Source: Bdellovibrionota bacterium (lineage in GTDB: Bacteria; Bdellovibrionota; UBA1018; UBA923). From it: a DNA stretch of 41,634 nt. The stretch is from NCBI GenBank assembly GCA_040754655.1, contig JBFMCE010000026.1:1-41634 (forward strand), read 5' to 3'. Below the pieces are notes generated by a model. The model was given only the letters and a program-made list of their open reading frames with translations, had not been told where the DNA came from and ran no database searches. Shown here piece after piece: positions 8,658-17,306 of the stretch; the first letter of the stretch is position 1, and the number at the start of each line of letters is the position of its first letter. The position numbers and the translations under genes are program-made.

Positions 8658-10373
8658 TTATGCCAGCAGAGCATAGAACTTCGCATACTCTCCTGCGCGT
8701 CGCATTAATTCATCATGAGTTCCCGACTCTTGAATTGTGCCACCAGCCAATACGAGAATTCGATCCGCGTTTTTGATTGTTGACAGCCGGTGGGCGATCA
8801 CAAGCGTTGTCCTTCCGCGCATCAATCGCTCTAGCGCGATTTGAACGAGCTTTTCAGATTCCGTATCTAAACTTGAGGTAGCTTCGTCAAGAACGAGTAT
8901 TGAAGAATCACGAAGAATGGCTCGCGCAATTGAAATTCTTTGCCTCTCGCCGCCCGAAAGTTTTTGTCCGCGATCTCCGACCAAGGTCTGAAGGCCTTGC
9001 GGAAGTCTTTCGATGAAAGGCATGGCCTGCGCCGAATCGAGCGCTTCGATCACTTGCGCTTGAGTCGCATCGCGTTTTCCGGCAGCGACATTATTGAAGA
9101 TCGTATCGTTGAATAAAAAGACGTCTTGACTGACCAACGCGATTTGAGAGCGCAAAGATTCAAACGTCACTTCACGGACTTCAGTGCCATCAATGAATAT
9201 CTTTCCTTCCACAGGGTCGTAAAAACGGGGCAGCAAGCTCACCATCGTCGACTTGCCTTGCCCGCTCCCGCCAACGATCGCGACGGTCTGGCCCCGAGTG
9301 ACCGTGAAACTCACGTTTCGAAAGACCCATGGCAATTCAGCGGTATACCGAAAAGAGACATTGCGAAACTCGATCTGAGACTGAAAGGGCATGAGCGCTT
9401 TCGCGTGAGGCAGCTCGACGATCTCTGACCGCAGCTTCAAGGTTTCGTCGATGCGATCCGCGCTCGCAGCGGCCATATTGAGCTTCATATTGATGTCATT
9501 GAGATTGCGCACTGGATTGATCATCAACAGAAAACTGCTGAAAAAAGAGACGAGCTCACCAGGGCTTAGACGCCCTTGAATCACGTCACGGCCGCCGATG
9601 TATATGATGAGAGCCATCGCGGTAGCTCCCATCAACTCTACGGAAGGGCCCCCAATCTCTTCAACCTTCGCGGCTTTCAGCGCAAACATCACATACTGGT
9701 CGTTGCGCTCTTTAAAGCGTTGCCTAGCGAAGTTTTCAAGCGCAAACGCCTTGACGACCTTAAAACCGGTGAACGATTCTTGGAGCGCCGAATACACCCA
9801 GCCATTGGCCTCTTGCATTTTCGCGGCGTAACCCTTCATTAAAATGCCAGACCTCTTACCCAACCATGCAAGCATTGGGGCGATCACAAGCGCGATCGCG
9901 AGCAACTTGGGGCTTAAACGAAAGGCATAAATGAAAAGAGCCGTGAATGTGACGGAATCTCGAACCAAATTGATGAGATTGATCGTGCCCTGACTCACGT
10001 AGAAAACATCATTCGTGACCCTTGAAATGAGTTTCCCGACCGACGCCTCTGTGAAAAACGAGCTTGAAAGGTTGAGATAGTGGCCGAAAAGTCTTTCTCG
10101 AATATCCCGCATCACGCGTTCATTGGCTATTCGCGCCAAAAAAGCATGTGTGAACCTGACGACCACGTTCACCAAATACAGCCCGACCACGGCCAAAGAC
10201 ACCAGAAGCAGCGCTCGAGAGTCTTTCTGCACCAAAACCGAGTCTGTCATGTATTTCAAAAGCGGCGCCGTGCTGAAGCGAATCGCCGAGAGAGGAAGAG
10301 CGAATATCGCCGCACCCAGCAAGAGCTTCCACTGGGGTTTTAGAAACGGGATCAACTTGAAAAAAGATTTCAT
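8658..10373 (-). CDS. msbA: Fused ABC exporter, MsbA-like (probable lipid A flippase)
   Basis: N-terminal TM domain, Walker A GGSGQGKS, LSGGERQR, LVLDEATSSLD and IAHRLST. It is adjacent to the LPS-related galE and gmhB. Confidence 0.85.
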   Translation of the reverse strand: MKSFFKLIPFLKPQWKLLLGAAIFALPLSAIRFSTAPLLKYMTDSVLVQKDSRALLLVSLAVVGLYLVNVVVRFTHAFLARIANERVMRDIRERLFGHYLNLSSSFFTEASVGKLISRVTNDVFYVSQGTINLINLVRDSVTFTALFIYAFRLSPKLLAIALVIAPMLAWLGKRSGILMKGYAAKMQEANGWVYSALQESFTGFKVVKAFALENFARQRFKERNDQYVMFALKAAKVEEIGGPSVELMGATAMALIIYIGGRDVIQGRLSPGELVSFFSSFLLMINPVRNLNDINMKLNMAAASADRIDETLKLRSEIVELPHAKALMPFQSQIEFRNVSFRYTAELPWVFRNVSFTVTRGQTVAIVGGSGQGKSTMVSLLPRFYDPVEGKIFIDGTEVREVTFESLRSQIALVSQDVFLFNDTIFNNVAAGKRDATQAQVIEALDSAQAMPFIERLPQGLQTLVGDRGQKLSGGERQRISIARAILRDSSILVLDEATSSLDTESEKLVQIALERLMRGRTTLVIAHRLSTIKNADRILVLAGGTIQESGTHDELMRRAGEYAKFYALLA

Positions 10374-10408
10374 TTCAAATCCATTTAGCCCAAGCTAAAA
10401 AGGAAGTC

Positions 10409-11398
10409 ATGCAGGAATCGATTCTCGTCGTGGGCGGCGCAGGTTATATCGGAAGCCACACGGCGAAATTACTTGAAAAGCGGGGTTATCGTCCCGTCAT
10501 TTTAGACGATCTCAGCACCGGCCATCAGCCAGCCGCTCGCTCGTTGCCATTCTATCAAGGCAGTTATCATGATACTTCGCTTCTCAAAACGATTCTGACC
10601 GACCACAAAATCAACACTGTGATGCACTTCGGCGCCAAAGCGATCGTAGGCGAATCGGTTGCGAATCCTCTTCTGTATTATTCGGCGAATGCGGGCGGAA
10701 CATTGCGGCTCTTTGAGGCGATGATTGATGCGGGCGCAGGCCATTTTATTTTTTCCTCGACTTGCGCGACCTTTGGGGAACCCAAGGAAGTGCCGATCCA
10801 CGAGAACGTCACGCAATCTCCGGTGAATCCCTACGGACAGAGCAAACTCTTCGTGGAAAAAATCTTAAAGGACATCCACAAAGCTCATAAGATCAACTCG
10901 GTCATCCTTCGGTATTTCAACGCGGCCGGCGCCGATCCCGACGGGGAACTGGGCGAAGACCACAAGCCAGAAACACACCTCATCCCAAAAGCTATTCAAG
11001 TTGCGCTGGGGCGAGAGAAGAAACTCACGGTAAATGGAAAGGATTATCCCACGAAAGACGGCACGTGCATCCGCGACTATGTGCACATCAACGACCTTGC
11101 CGATGCTCATATTCGCGCAATGGAATACTTGTGGAAAAACCCCTCGTGTTCAGATTTCAACCTGGGCTCAGAGAAAGGTTTCTCGGTATTAGAAGTGATC
11201 GAGGCGGTGAGCAAAACCGCCGGGAAGCCAGTGGCGCACGAGTTCGGCCCTCGAAGGCCCGGAGACCCGCCAGTATTGATCGCCGATTCAAAAAAAGCCA
11301 AACAAGTCTTAGGCTGGGCCCCCAAGTTCAGTCTCGAAGAAATCGTGGCGACAGCTTATCGGTGGACGAAGGAGCATCCCGACGGTTATGACATCTAA
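10409..11398 (+). CDS. galE: UDP-glucose 4-epimerase
   Basis: GGAGYIGSH, VGESV.NPL.YY, PYGQSK, LRYFNAAGA and DGTCIRDYVH. Confidence 0.97.
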   Translation: MQESILVVGGAGYIGSHTAKLLEKRGYRPVILDDLSTGHQPAARSLPFYQGSYHDTSLLKTILTDHKINTVMHFGAKAIVGESVANPLLYYSANAGGTLRLFEAMIDAGAGHFIFSSTCATFGEPKEVPIHENVTQSPVNPYGQSKLFVEKILKDIHKAHKINSVILRYFNAAGADPDGELGEDHKPETHLIPKAIQVALGREKKLTVNGKDYPTKDGTCIRDYVHINDLADAHIRAMEYLWKNPSCSDFNLGSEKGFSVLEVIEAVSKTAGKPVAHEFGPRRPGDPPVLIADSKKAKQVLGWAPKFSLEEIVATAYRWTKEHPDGYDI

Positions 11399-11981
11399 AA
11401 ACCACCCCACACTTTTTCTCGACCGAGACGGCACGGTCAATATCGATATAGGGCCTCGTTATATCAATGACCCTAAAGACGCTTCACTCATTCCTGGCGC
11501 GGCCCAAGCGATCATTCGCGCGAGGGATGCGGGTTTTAAGATCGCGCTCGTGACCAATCAAGCCGGCGTGGCGAAGGGGTTTACCGCGAAAGAGAACCTG
11601 CCTATCGTGCATCGGCGCATCGAGGAGCTTATTCGCCAGGAGTCGGGCGTTTCACGCTTTGCATTCGATGACATCCAGGTTTGCGTCCACCATCCCGACG
11701 AACGCTGCAAGTGCAGAAAGCCCGAAACCCAGATGCTCGAAGCCTCGATCGGAAAACTGGGGACGGAAATTGAACGCTCTTTTTTCGTCGGCGACAAATC
11801 AAGTGACCTGATTTGCGCTCACCGCATGGGAATGCGCTCGATTTTAGTGCGTACCGGGCATGGCAATGAAACGGCAGAAGAACTCTCATCGCTTCCGGGG
11901 ATTGAACCGGTTGGAATCGTGCCCACCCTCGCCGAAGCGGTCGATCTAGCGATTCGGTTGAGAGACGCTCTCTTGCGATAA
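11388..11981 (+). CDS. gmhB: D-glycero-D-manno-heptose 1,7-bisphosphate phosphatase (HAD IIIA)
   Basis: FLDRDGTVN, VTNQAG, CVHHP...CKCRKP and FVGDKSSD. Confidence 0.88.
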   Translation: MTSKNHPTLFLDRDGTVNIDIGPRYINDPKDASLIPGAAQAIIRARDAGFKIALVTNQAGVAKGFTAKENLPIVHRRIEELIRQESGVSRFAFDDIQVCVHHPDERCKCRKPETQMLEASIGKLGTEIERSFFVGDKSSDLICAHRMGMRSILVRTGHGNETAEELSSLPGIEPVGIVPTLAEAVDLAIRLRDALLR

Positions 11982-12827
11982 TGGTCCCATCAATGCCTCG
12001 TTCAGTAGCTTCCAGCTCTTGAGACCCGATGGCGGAAGCCCTGGGATGTGATGGTGCAAGAAGTCGGAAAGCAATCGATACAGAGGCAGATGTTGCGAGG
12101 ATGAGCCTTCTTGGGCGAGCTCCTTGAACGGTGTCATCGTGAGTTTGTGGAAGAACAACAGGATCTCGCCTTCCAGCGCGACTTTAAAGCGTCCCGCGGA
12201 ACACTCGTGGCAAACCATTCCCCCCGCTTCCGAAAACCAAAAAAACGACGCGCCCTCTTGAGTTCGACTTTGAAAGGCCACCGGCGGCGCGATTTCATGC
12301 GCGCCACGCGAGCACTGCACGCATCGAAGCAAGCTTGGCGGATAACCAAGCGCTTTGAATGCTTTGCAAAGAAACGCGTTCACAGCCAAGAGCAGCGGCA
12401 TACCGGAGTCGAGTTGGAACAAGAAATTGCTTAAATTGATGAACATCTCGCGCGAGGGCGCATGAGATTCAAGAAGGCGCAGGCAAAACTCGGCAGCAAA
12501 ACTCGCCGCCGTGAAACGTTCAAAGTCGCGGTGCAAGTTCCTGAACTCATAGTGAGAGGTCGCTTCATCAATGCGGGCCATCTCGGCGTTGGGCTTTTGC
12601 ACAAAGTGAACGCGAGAGCACGAGAACACGTCGAGCGTTCCGCCGAAGCGCCGCGAGTTCACTCCGCCCTTGGCAAGACCCGTGATTTTTCCGTTCTGTT
12701 CGGTTAGGCAAACGGCGATTCGGTCACGGTCTTGGTAAGGATACGTCTTCAAGACGATGGCAAGATCTGTGATATGCTGCACGCGAGTGAATCTAACACA
12801 GTCAGGCATCGCTTGGCGACCTGGCAA
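11946..12827 (-). CDS. recO: DNA repair protein RecO
   Basis: AIVLK..PY.D.DRI...LTEQNGKI..LAKG, plus the Zn-finger pairs CVQC and CHEC. The start is uncertain and may be GTG at 12782. Confidence 0.92.
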   Translation of the reverse strand: MPGRQAMPDCVRFTRVQHITDLAIVLKTYPYQDRDRIAVCLTEQNGKITGLAKGGVNSRRFGGTLDVFSCSRVHFVQKPNAEMARIDEATSHYEFRNLHRDFERFTAASFAAEFCLRLLESHAPSREMFINLSNFLFQLDSGMPLLLAVNAFLCKAFKALGYPPSLLRCVQCSRGAHEIAPPVAFQSRTQEGASFFWFSEAGGMVCHECSAGRFKVALEGEILLFFHKLTMTPFKELAQEGSSSQHLPLYRLLSDFLHHHIPGLPPSGLKSWKLLNEALMGPLSQESVSQPNR

Positions 12828-12989
12828 AATACCAGTTCCAAAGGACTTACAAATCTAACGCCCGGCATAAAAATACTATATCCGTAATTCCATGCATCGC
12901 CTCATTCCTGCGTCATCGAAAGAACGGCCATTCCCGCATTGACTATCCGTGAATGGTTGGAAACCATCTACGCAATCAAGGGGGAAAAT

Positions 12990-14213
12990 ATGATCCGTTT
13001 AAAACCAATCCTGGCGGCAGTCGTGTTGCCAGCGCTATTGCCCGTCTTGGCAATGGCGAATTCGCTTTCAGCAGAGCCTTTTTTCAAACACTTTACGGTT
13101 ATGCGTGACTCGAAAGGCAACGCGGACCTCATCATGATCAATACGAAGCCGCAAGAAGTTCAAATGTCGGCATATCTTGAAGAGCTTCAAGGCATGGTGA
13201 GCTTCGCCATGAGCGAGAATCTTCTCGACGAGAACGCTCTCGTTCAAAACTTCGACGCCCAAGACCTTCAAGCGTGGCCGAAGAACTACCAGCGCGCTGC
13301 CGGCAGATCTTTGAAAGAGTTGCAAACAGTCGATCTCGAAGGCATAGCGAAAGACAAGAAATTCAGTTCCGTGATGAAGAGTGTGGGCTCTATTTTCAAG
13401 AAACACCTCATGGGCTCGAAGGTCGTGGCCAACTTGAATGACAAGCGCTTTTTTTATTCGCGAGCAGGATTGAGCCAAGTTCTTAGCATCGCGCAACAAT
13501 ACATCGAGCAAAGGATTCCTCCGTCACAAGCGCTTGAACTCGCGAAGCTCTTGGCTGGACGCGTGGCTCACTCGATCCAGACGCGAAGGGCTTTCCATCA
13601 GTACATGCTCTTGCATTATCTTGAGAACTTCGAGCCCAAAGACCTGGGCTTGACGGCCCAGGAAGTCGCCCGGGCGAAGTCTTCAATCTATGAATCAAAG
13701 ATCCCGGGTTACGCGTTTTGGCAGAGCAACAAGGCGAAGAGAACTTGGGATAAGTTTGGAACCGCTCACTTTGACCGGACGGTCGCGGCGGGTGGCGCAA
13801 GACTGGCCCGGAACAAAAAGTTCTACGAGTTTGATCAACGCGTGAACTACGCTTTCAGCATCGTGAGCGAAAAAGGAAAGAAGAAGATCGTAAACCTCAT
13901 GAATCCCCGATTCATGTACTCAAAAAAGCCGTCTGACGCTTACTTCTTTGACAATCCTTACCGCGTTCAAAGACAGCGATTGCTGATCCAACTTGCGCAG
14001 ATGGGTCTTAGATTTGTGCCAGTCGCTGACCTTCCGATGCTGATCGCCAAAAGCGCATTGAACTCTTTTTTGAGTTCGATGTACGTGCCTCATCAGATCA
14101 CTGAAGGCGCTCTTTTGGCTTATTTTGAAACCGTCAAAGACGCGGTTGGCGCAAAAGCGCTCGGCGAGGCGATCTCAGATCCTACTCTCATGCAAGACCT
14201 CGCAATGCCATAA
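12990..14213 (+). CDS. Hypothetical exported protein
   Basis: The start at 12990 follows a purine-rich RBS and gives the signal peptide MIRLKPILAAVVLPALLPVLAMA. No recognisable domain. Confidence 0.75.
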   Translation: MIRLKPILAAVVLPALLPVLAMANSLSAEPFFKHFTVMRDSKGNADLIMINTKPQEVQMSAYLEELQGMVSFAMSENLLDENALVQNFDAQDLQAWPKNYQRAAGRSLKELQTVDLEGIAKDKKFSSVMKSVGSIFKKHLMGSKVVANLNDKRFFYSRAGLSQVLSIAQQYIEQRIPPSQALELAKLLAGRVAHSIQTRRAFHQYMLLHYLENFEPKDLGLTAQEVARAKSSIYESKIPGYAFWQSNKAKRTWDKFGTAHFDRTVAAGGARLARNKKFYEFDQRVNYAFSIVSEKGKKKIVNLMNPRFMYSKKPSDAYFFDNPYRVQRQRLLIQLAQMGLRFVPVADLPMLIAKSALNSFLSSMYVPHQITEGALLAYFETVKDAVGAKALGEAISDPTLMQDLAMP

Positions 14214-14230
14214 TCGTCTTTTGTTCAATG

Positions 14231-14273
14231 AAAGAGGGTTTCACCGTCGAAAGACTGGTGAAGCCCTCTCTTT
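14231..14273. terminator. Probable bidirectional intrinsic terminator
   Basis: agagggtttcacc-gtc-GAAA-gac-t-ggtgaagccctct hairpin between convergent genes, with A/T runs at the ends. Confidence 0.75.
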
Positions 14274-14288
14274 AAGGCCGATCCGACA

Positions 14289-14750
14289 TCAAGCCGCTTG
14301 AAACCTTCTCGAATTCATTCGAATCCAGTCTAAAAACACCGCAAGAGCTACCATCCCAGTCTGTCTCGACCTTTCAAGACCGCCCTCGAACAAAATGAGG
14401 GTTGGGATGCTTTGAACATGGTAAGCGTCAGCCGCCAAAGGATGATCTTGGGTATTCAATTTCGCGAAAACAACTTCACCCGCCAACTCTGAGGCTGCAT
14501 TTTCAAAAATCGGCGCGAACGCCCTGCAGGGCGCGCACCAAGGCGCCCAGAAATCAACCACTACGGGCAAAGGGGATTTTGCAATCAAAGTCATCAACTC
14601 TGAACCTCTCACTTCGTTGACGCCGTCATGAAGAGGAAGATCAGCTTTGCAATTTCCGCAGACCGCCAAGCGACCGGGTTGCTCTTCGAGCGGGATGCGA
14701 TTTAGTTGCCTGCACGATGGGCAAAGTGAATAAGTCGTTTCAAGGCTCAT
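14289..14750 (-). CDS. trxC: Thioredoxin 2 (zinc-finger thioredoxin)
   Basis: N-terminal CPSC...CGNC, active site VDFWAPWCAPC and SIPTL. ATG at 14750 is preferred over TTG at 14768. Confidence 0.92.
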   Translation of the reverse strand: MSLETTYSLCPSCRQLNRIPLEEQPGRLAVCGNCKADLPLHDGVNEVRGSELMTLIAKSPLPVVVDFWAPWCAPCRAFAPIFENAASELAGEVVFAKLNTQDHPLAADAYHVQSIPTLILFEGGLERSRQTGMVALAVFLDWIRMNSRRFQAA

Positions 14751-14819
14751 GACCAAATGGGATTGCAAAGAAAATGCCGGCTAACTATCGCGCGGCGGTG
14801 TCGCTGTTCGCCCTGAACC

Positions 14820-14847
14820 CTTGACAAGTCGATGGCCAGCTCCATCT
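14820..14847 (+). promoter_or_regulatory. Putative sigma32 (RpoH)-type heat-shock promoter
   Basis: CTTGACA-N13-CTCCATCT against the consensus CTTGAAA-N13/14-CCCCATNT, upstream of an Hsp20 gene. Confidence 0.6.
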
Positions 14848-14888
14848 TACTTTTTAACGAATGACGAACTTAGACTTCAGGGAGGTCA

Positions 14889-15350
14889 ATGAATATGTAT
14901 TTGCTGCAATCCACTCGTAAACCTAACGGTTTTTTCCCATCACTTTTTGACAACAGCGCTTTTTTCTCTGGCTTTCTCGACGAAGGCTTGAGGCCGCCGC
15001 AGCGACTCTCTTGGCCCGCCATCGACCTGGTAGAGACAAAAGGCACCTACGTTGTTGAGGCTGACTTGCCTGGGATTGAAGAGAAAGACATCAAAATAGA
15101 ATTTGTTGATGGAACGCTGCGCGTCGAAGCATCTCGGCAAAAGTCGGTCAACGAAGAAAATCAAGATGAACGGAAAGTTCATTTGAACGAGCGTCAGTCT
15201 TGGACCTTTAGGCGCAGCTTTGAATTTGGCGATGTCGTTGACGCCGAGAAGATTCACGCATCTTTCAAGAATGGCACGTTAAGGATCGAGGTCCCAAAAC
15301 AAGAACGAGCTCTTCCAAAACCGATACAGATCAACGTAGCTCGACACTGA
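14889..15350 (+). CDS. Small heat-shock protein, Hsp20/alpha-crystallin family
   Basis: PAIDLVET...ADLPG, ER...FRRSF and ASFKNGTLRIEVPK; GGAGG RBS. Confidence 0.95.
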   Translation: MNMYLLQSTRKPNGFFPSLFDNSAFFSGFLDEGLRPPQRLSWPAIDLVETKGTYVVEADLPGIEEKDIKIEFVDGTLRVEASRQKSVNEENQDERKVHLNERQSWTFRRSFEFGDVVDAEKIHASFKNGTLRIEVPKQERALPKPIQINVARH

Positions 15351-15374
15351 TTTTTCTCCACAACCCGTAACCCT

Positions 15375-15416
15375 AAAAGAGTCCAAGAGCCTCCGGTCCG
15401 GGGCGCTTGGACTCTT
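15375..15416. terminator. Hairpin terminator between Hsp20 and the convergent RelA/SpoT-like gene
   Basis: aagagtccaag...cttggactctt outer stem with a GC-rich inner stem. The T run lies on the minus strand. Confidence 0.65.
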
Positions 15417-15443
15417 CCCCCGAACCCAATGATACGCGCCGCA

Positions 15444-16214
15444 TCACTTCCCAACAAACCTGCTTATGCCTTCGGCGGCTTTGGCTTCTTCATAGACTTG
15501 ATTGAAAAGACGTTTATGCCGCTCTTTCAACCAAAAGAGCCGGGCAGCCCGTTCCGCGCCAAAGGGAAACGCCTTCTGTGCAGCCTGAAGCGCACGAATT
15601 TCACGGTATAAAACATCTCCTTCAGCTTCCTTCAACTCGTGCAACTTTCGATGCCGTACTTGAAGTTCAACAATATGCGTTTTACCTGGAGCATCCGGGC
15701 GGGGAAGAGCAAGGTTGAACTGCCAATCGCGATAACCTAGTTCCCGGACATTGCTTTCGAAACGCTCCTCTTCTTTCACAATCTCGATCTTCTCGCGCGC
15801 AGCCAAATCACGAACGAATGCCACGACTCGAGAAACTTCCGCAAAGCTCCCTGCGACAACAGCTCCCCGGGTAAAATCAAGGATTTGAGAGTAGTCTCCG
15901 GCTTTTTTGGAATCGGCTTTTTCCCCCGCGCGTTGGGAATCTTTGATCGGCGCAAGGATCACCTCAACATCAAGTTCACGAAAAATCGTATGCAAGAATT
16001 TCCGCAAAATGGGTTCGACCAGTTTTGCTTCATGGAACAATTGATCACGATTGCGAGAGTCTTGCGTTCGAACTGTGCGAGACGACGCGGTGGAAAGATC
16101 GAGAAGATGCTCACAGCGAGACCCTGGCGGGACTTCGATGGGGTTCGCGAAAGCCAAATTGGACACAACCAACACTGCTGCAAGAATCAAAGTGATGTTC
16201 AAACTGTATTGCAA
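15444..16214 (-). CDS. RelA/SpoT-type nucleotidyltransferase (small alarmone synthetase-like) with putative signal peptide
   Basis: PIKDSQRAGEK, ILDFTRGAVV, GYRDWQFNL and IVELQVRH occur in SYNTH-domain order. The N-terminus is hydrophobic and ends in AFA. The TTG start is uncertain. Confidence 0.7.
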   Translation of the reverse strand: MQYSLNITLILAAVLVVSNLAFANPIEVPPGSRCEHLLDLSTASSRTVRTQDSRNRDQLFHEAKLVEPILRKFLHTIFRELDVEVILAPIKDSQRAGEKADSKKAGDYSQILDFTRGAVVAGSFAEVSRVVAFVRDLAAREKIEIVKEEERFESNVRELGYRDWQFNLALPRPDAPGKTHIVELQVRHRKLHELKEAEGDVLYREIRALQAAQKAFPFGAERAARLFWLKERHKRLFNQVYEEAKAAEGISRFVGK

Positions 16215-16255
16215 GGGACGATGAAATAAAGACCCTATCTCCCGGTCGAGATCTC

Positions 16256-16271
16256 AGCAAGACGTAGACCA
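16256..16271 (-). promoter_or_regulatory. Possible sigma54 promoter for the RelA/SpoT-like gene
   Basis: Minus strand TGGTCTACGTCTTGCT (GG-N10-GC with TTGC). Confidence 0.4.
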
Positions 16272-16437
16272 AAGCAGCTGTCTCGAAAGAACTTATTTCT
16301 GCAATTAAATCAACGAACTAAAAAAGGTTACGAAAATAGTTGGATAAATATTACCAAGCCAAACATGTAAGTTTTATCAAACTCCGTAGCATGGTCATGA
16401 AAAATTTATAAGCCTGACTCTAAGAAGACGACCTCAC

Positions 16438-16938
16438 CTAAAATGAACTTCCGCCGACACCGCTGCCTACCGGAGCACCCAATCCAGGCTGGCCAAAACC
16501 GGGCATCTGCTGACCAAAGCCAGGTTGTCCATACATGGGCGGCTGATAAGCCGGCTGCGGATGCAGGTAACTTGTAAATGGATTTTGTGGAACACCGAAA
16601 CTGGCTCCAGCGCCTGCTCCTGCATAAGCGTATACGGAAGGGGGCGCAAAACCGCTCGATATGTATTGAGGCGCATAATACTGATTTTGCCCTAACATGT
16701 AGGGATAGGAATAAGGATAGCTGTACGGATAGGAGTAGTTGTAACCAAGATTCGGCAACATCGAAAAACCACCCATGATGCCTGGGCAAAGAATCGCTCC
16801 GCCAAGGGCACCGCCTCCCCACACGCCGCCGACCGGGGCCATTACCGCGTGGGTTCTTTGGGAAGTCATGGTCAGGGAAATCAACGAAAATGAAATGAAA
16901 AGAATCACGACCCGCTTGAACTTTGACAACAACAACAT
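16438..16938 (-). CDS. Exported low-complexity G/P/Y/Q/S-rich protein
   Basis: GGAG RBS and ATG, a signal peptide, (YSYP)x3 and GQ(P/QMP)G(F/L)G repeats. The mature part has no D/E/K/R. Confidence 0.75.
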   Translation of the reverse strand: MLLLSKFKRVVILFISFSLISLTMTSQRTHAVMAPVGGVWGGGALGGAILCPGIMGGFSMLPNLGYNYSYPYSYPYSYPYMLGQNQYYAPQYISSGFAPPSVYAYAGAGAGASFGVPQNPFTSYLHPQPAYQPPMYGQPGFGQQMPGFGQPGLGAPVGSGVGGSSF

Positions 16939-17030
16939 AATCTACTCCACATCAACAACGGACAGCTTCTACAACAACGGCTTTGAGAGCTTCTTGCCTC
17001 GAAAGCTACAGCTACTAACTACGGATATGA

Positions 17031-17046
17031 AGCAAGCAGCGTGCCG
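17031..17046 (-). promoter_or_regulatory. Putative sigma54 promoter for the low-complexity protein gene
   Basis: Minus strand CGGCACGCTGCTTGCT, close to the consensus TGGCACG-N4-TTGCW. Confidence 0.7.
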
Positions 17047-17107
17047 GTTTTCAAAACGCCCCTTCGCATGCATGAAGCCCCTCGAAATGCGACTCAAGAT
17101 AGACAAG

Positions 17108-17156
17108 TGTACAAGCCGTAGACAGGAGAAACGACCTGTAAACGCCCTCTACAGGT
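17108..17156. promoter_or_regulatory. Two TGT-N11-ACA boxes, candidate enhancer sites for a sigma54 activator
   Basis: Boxes at 17108-17124 and 17137-17153. The second lies inside the inverted repeat acctgta-N9-tacaggt. Confidence 0.45.
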
Positions 17157-17306
17157 GCCTGTTCTTGCATCGACTCGTTGATAAGCGCGCGAACCGCCCG
17201 AACTATTCCCCCAGTCATTTCAACTATATCAGTTGATACGCAAAAGACCTTCTCCGGCACATCCCTTGCTTTTACTTTGAGTCAGAGAGTGTGGGCCTAG
17301 AGCAGT

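Noticed and set aside
11946..11981. 36-nt convergent overlap of gmhB and recO as a regulatory feature
   Set aside because: Short tail-to-tail overlaps are common in compact genomes and nothing else supports a function.
16775..17260. ORFs 16775..17236 (+) and 17051..17260 (-)
   Set aside because: No recognisable motifs. They overlap a better-supported gene and its sigma54 promoter and enhancer region.
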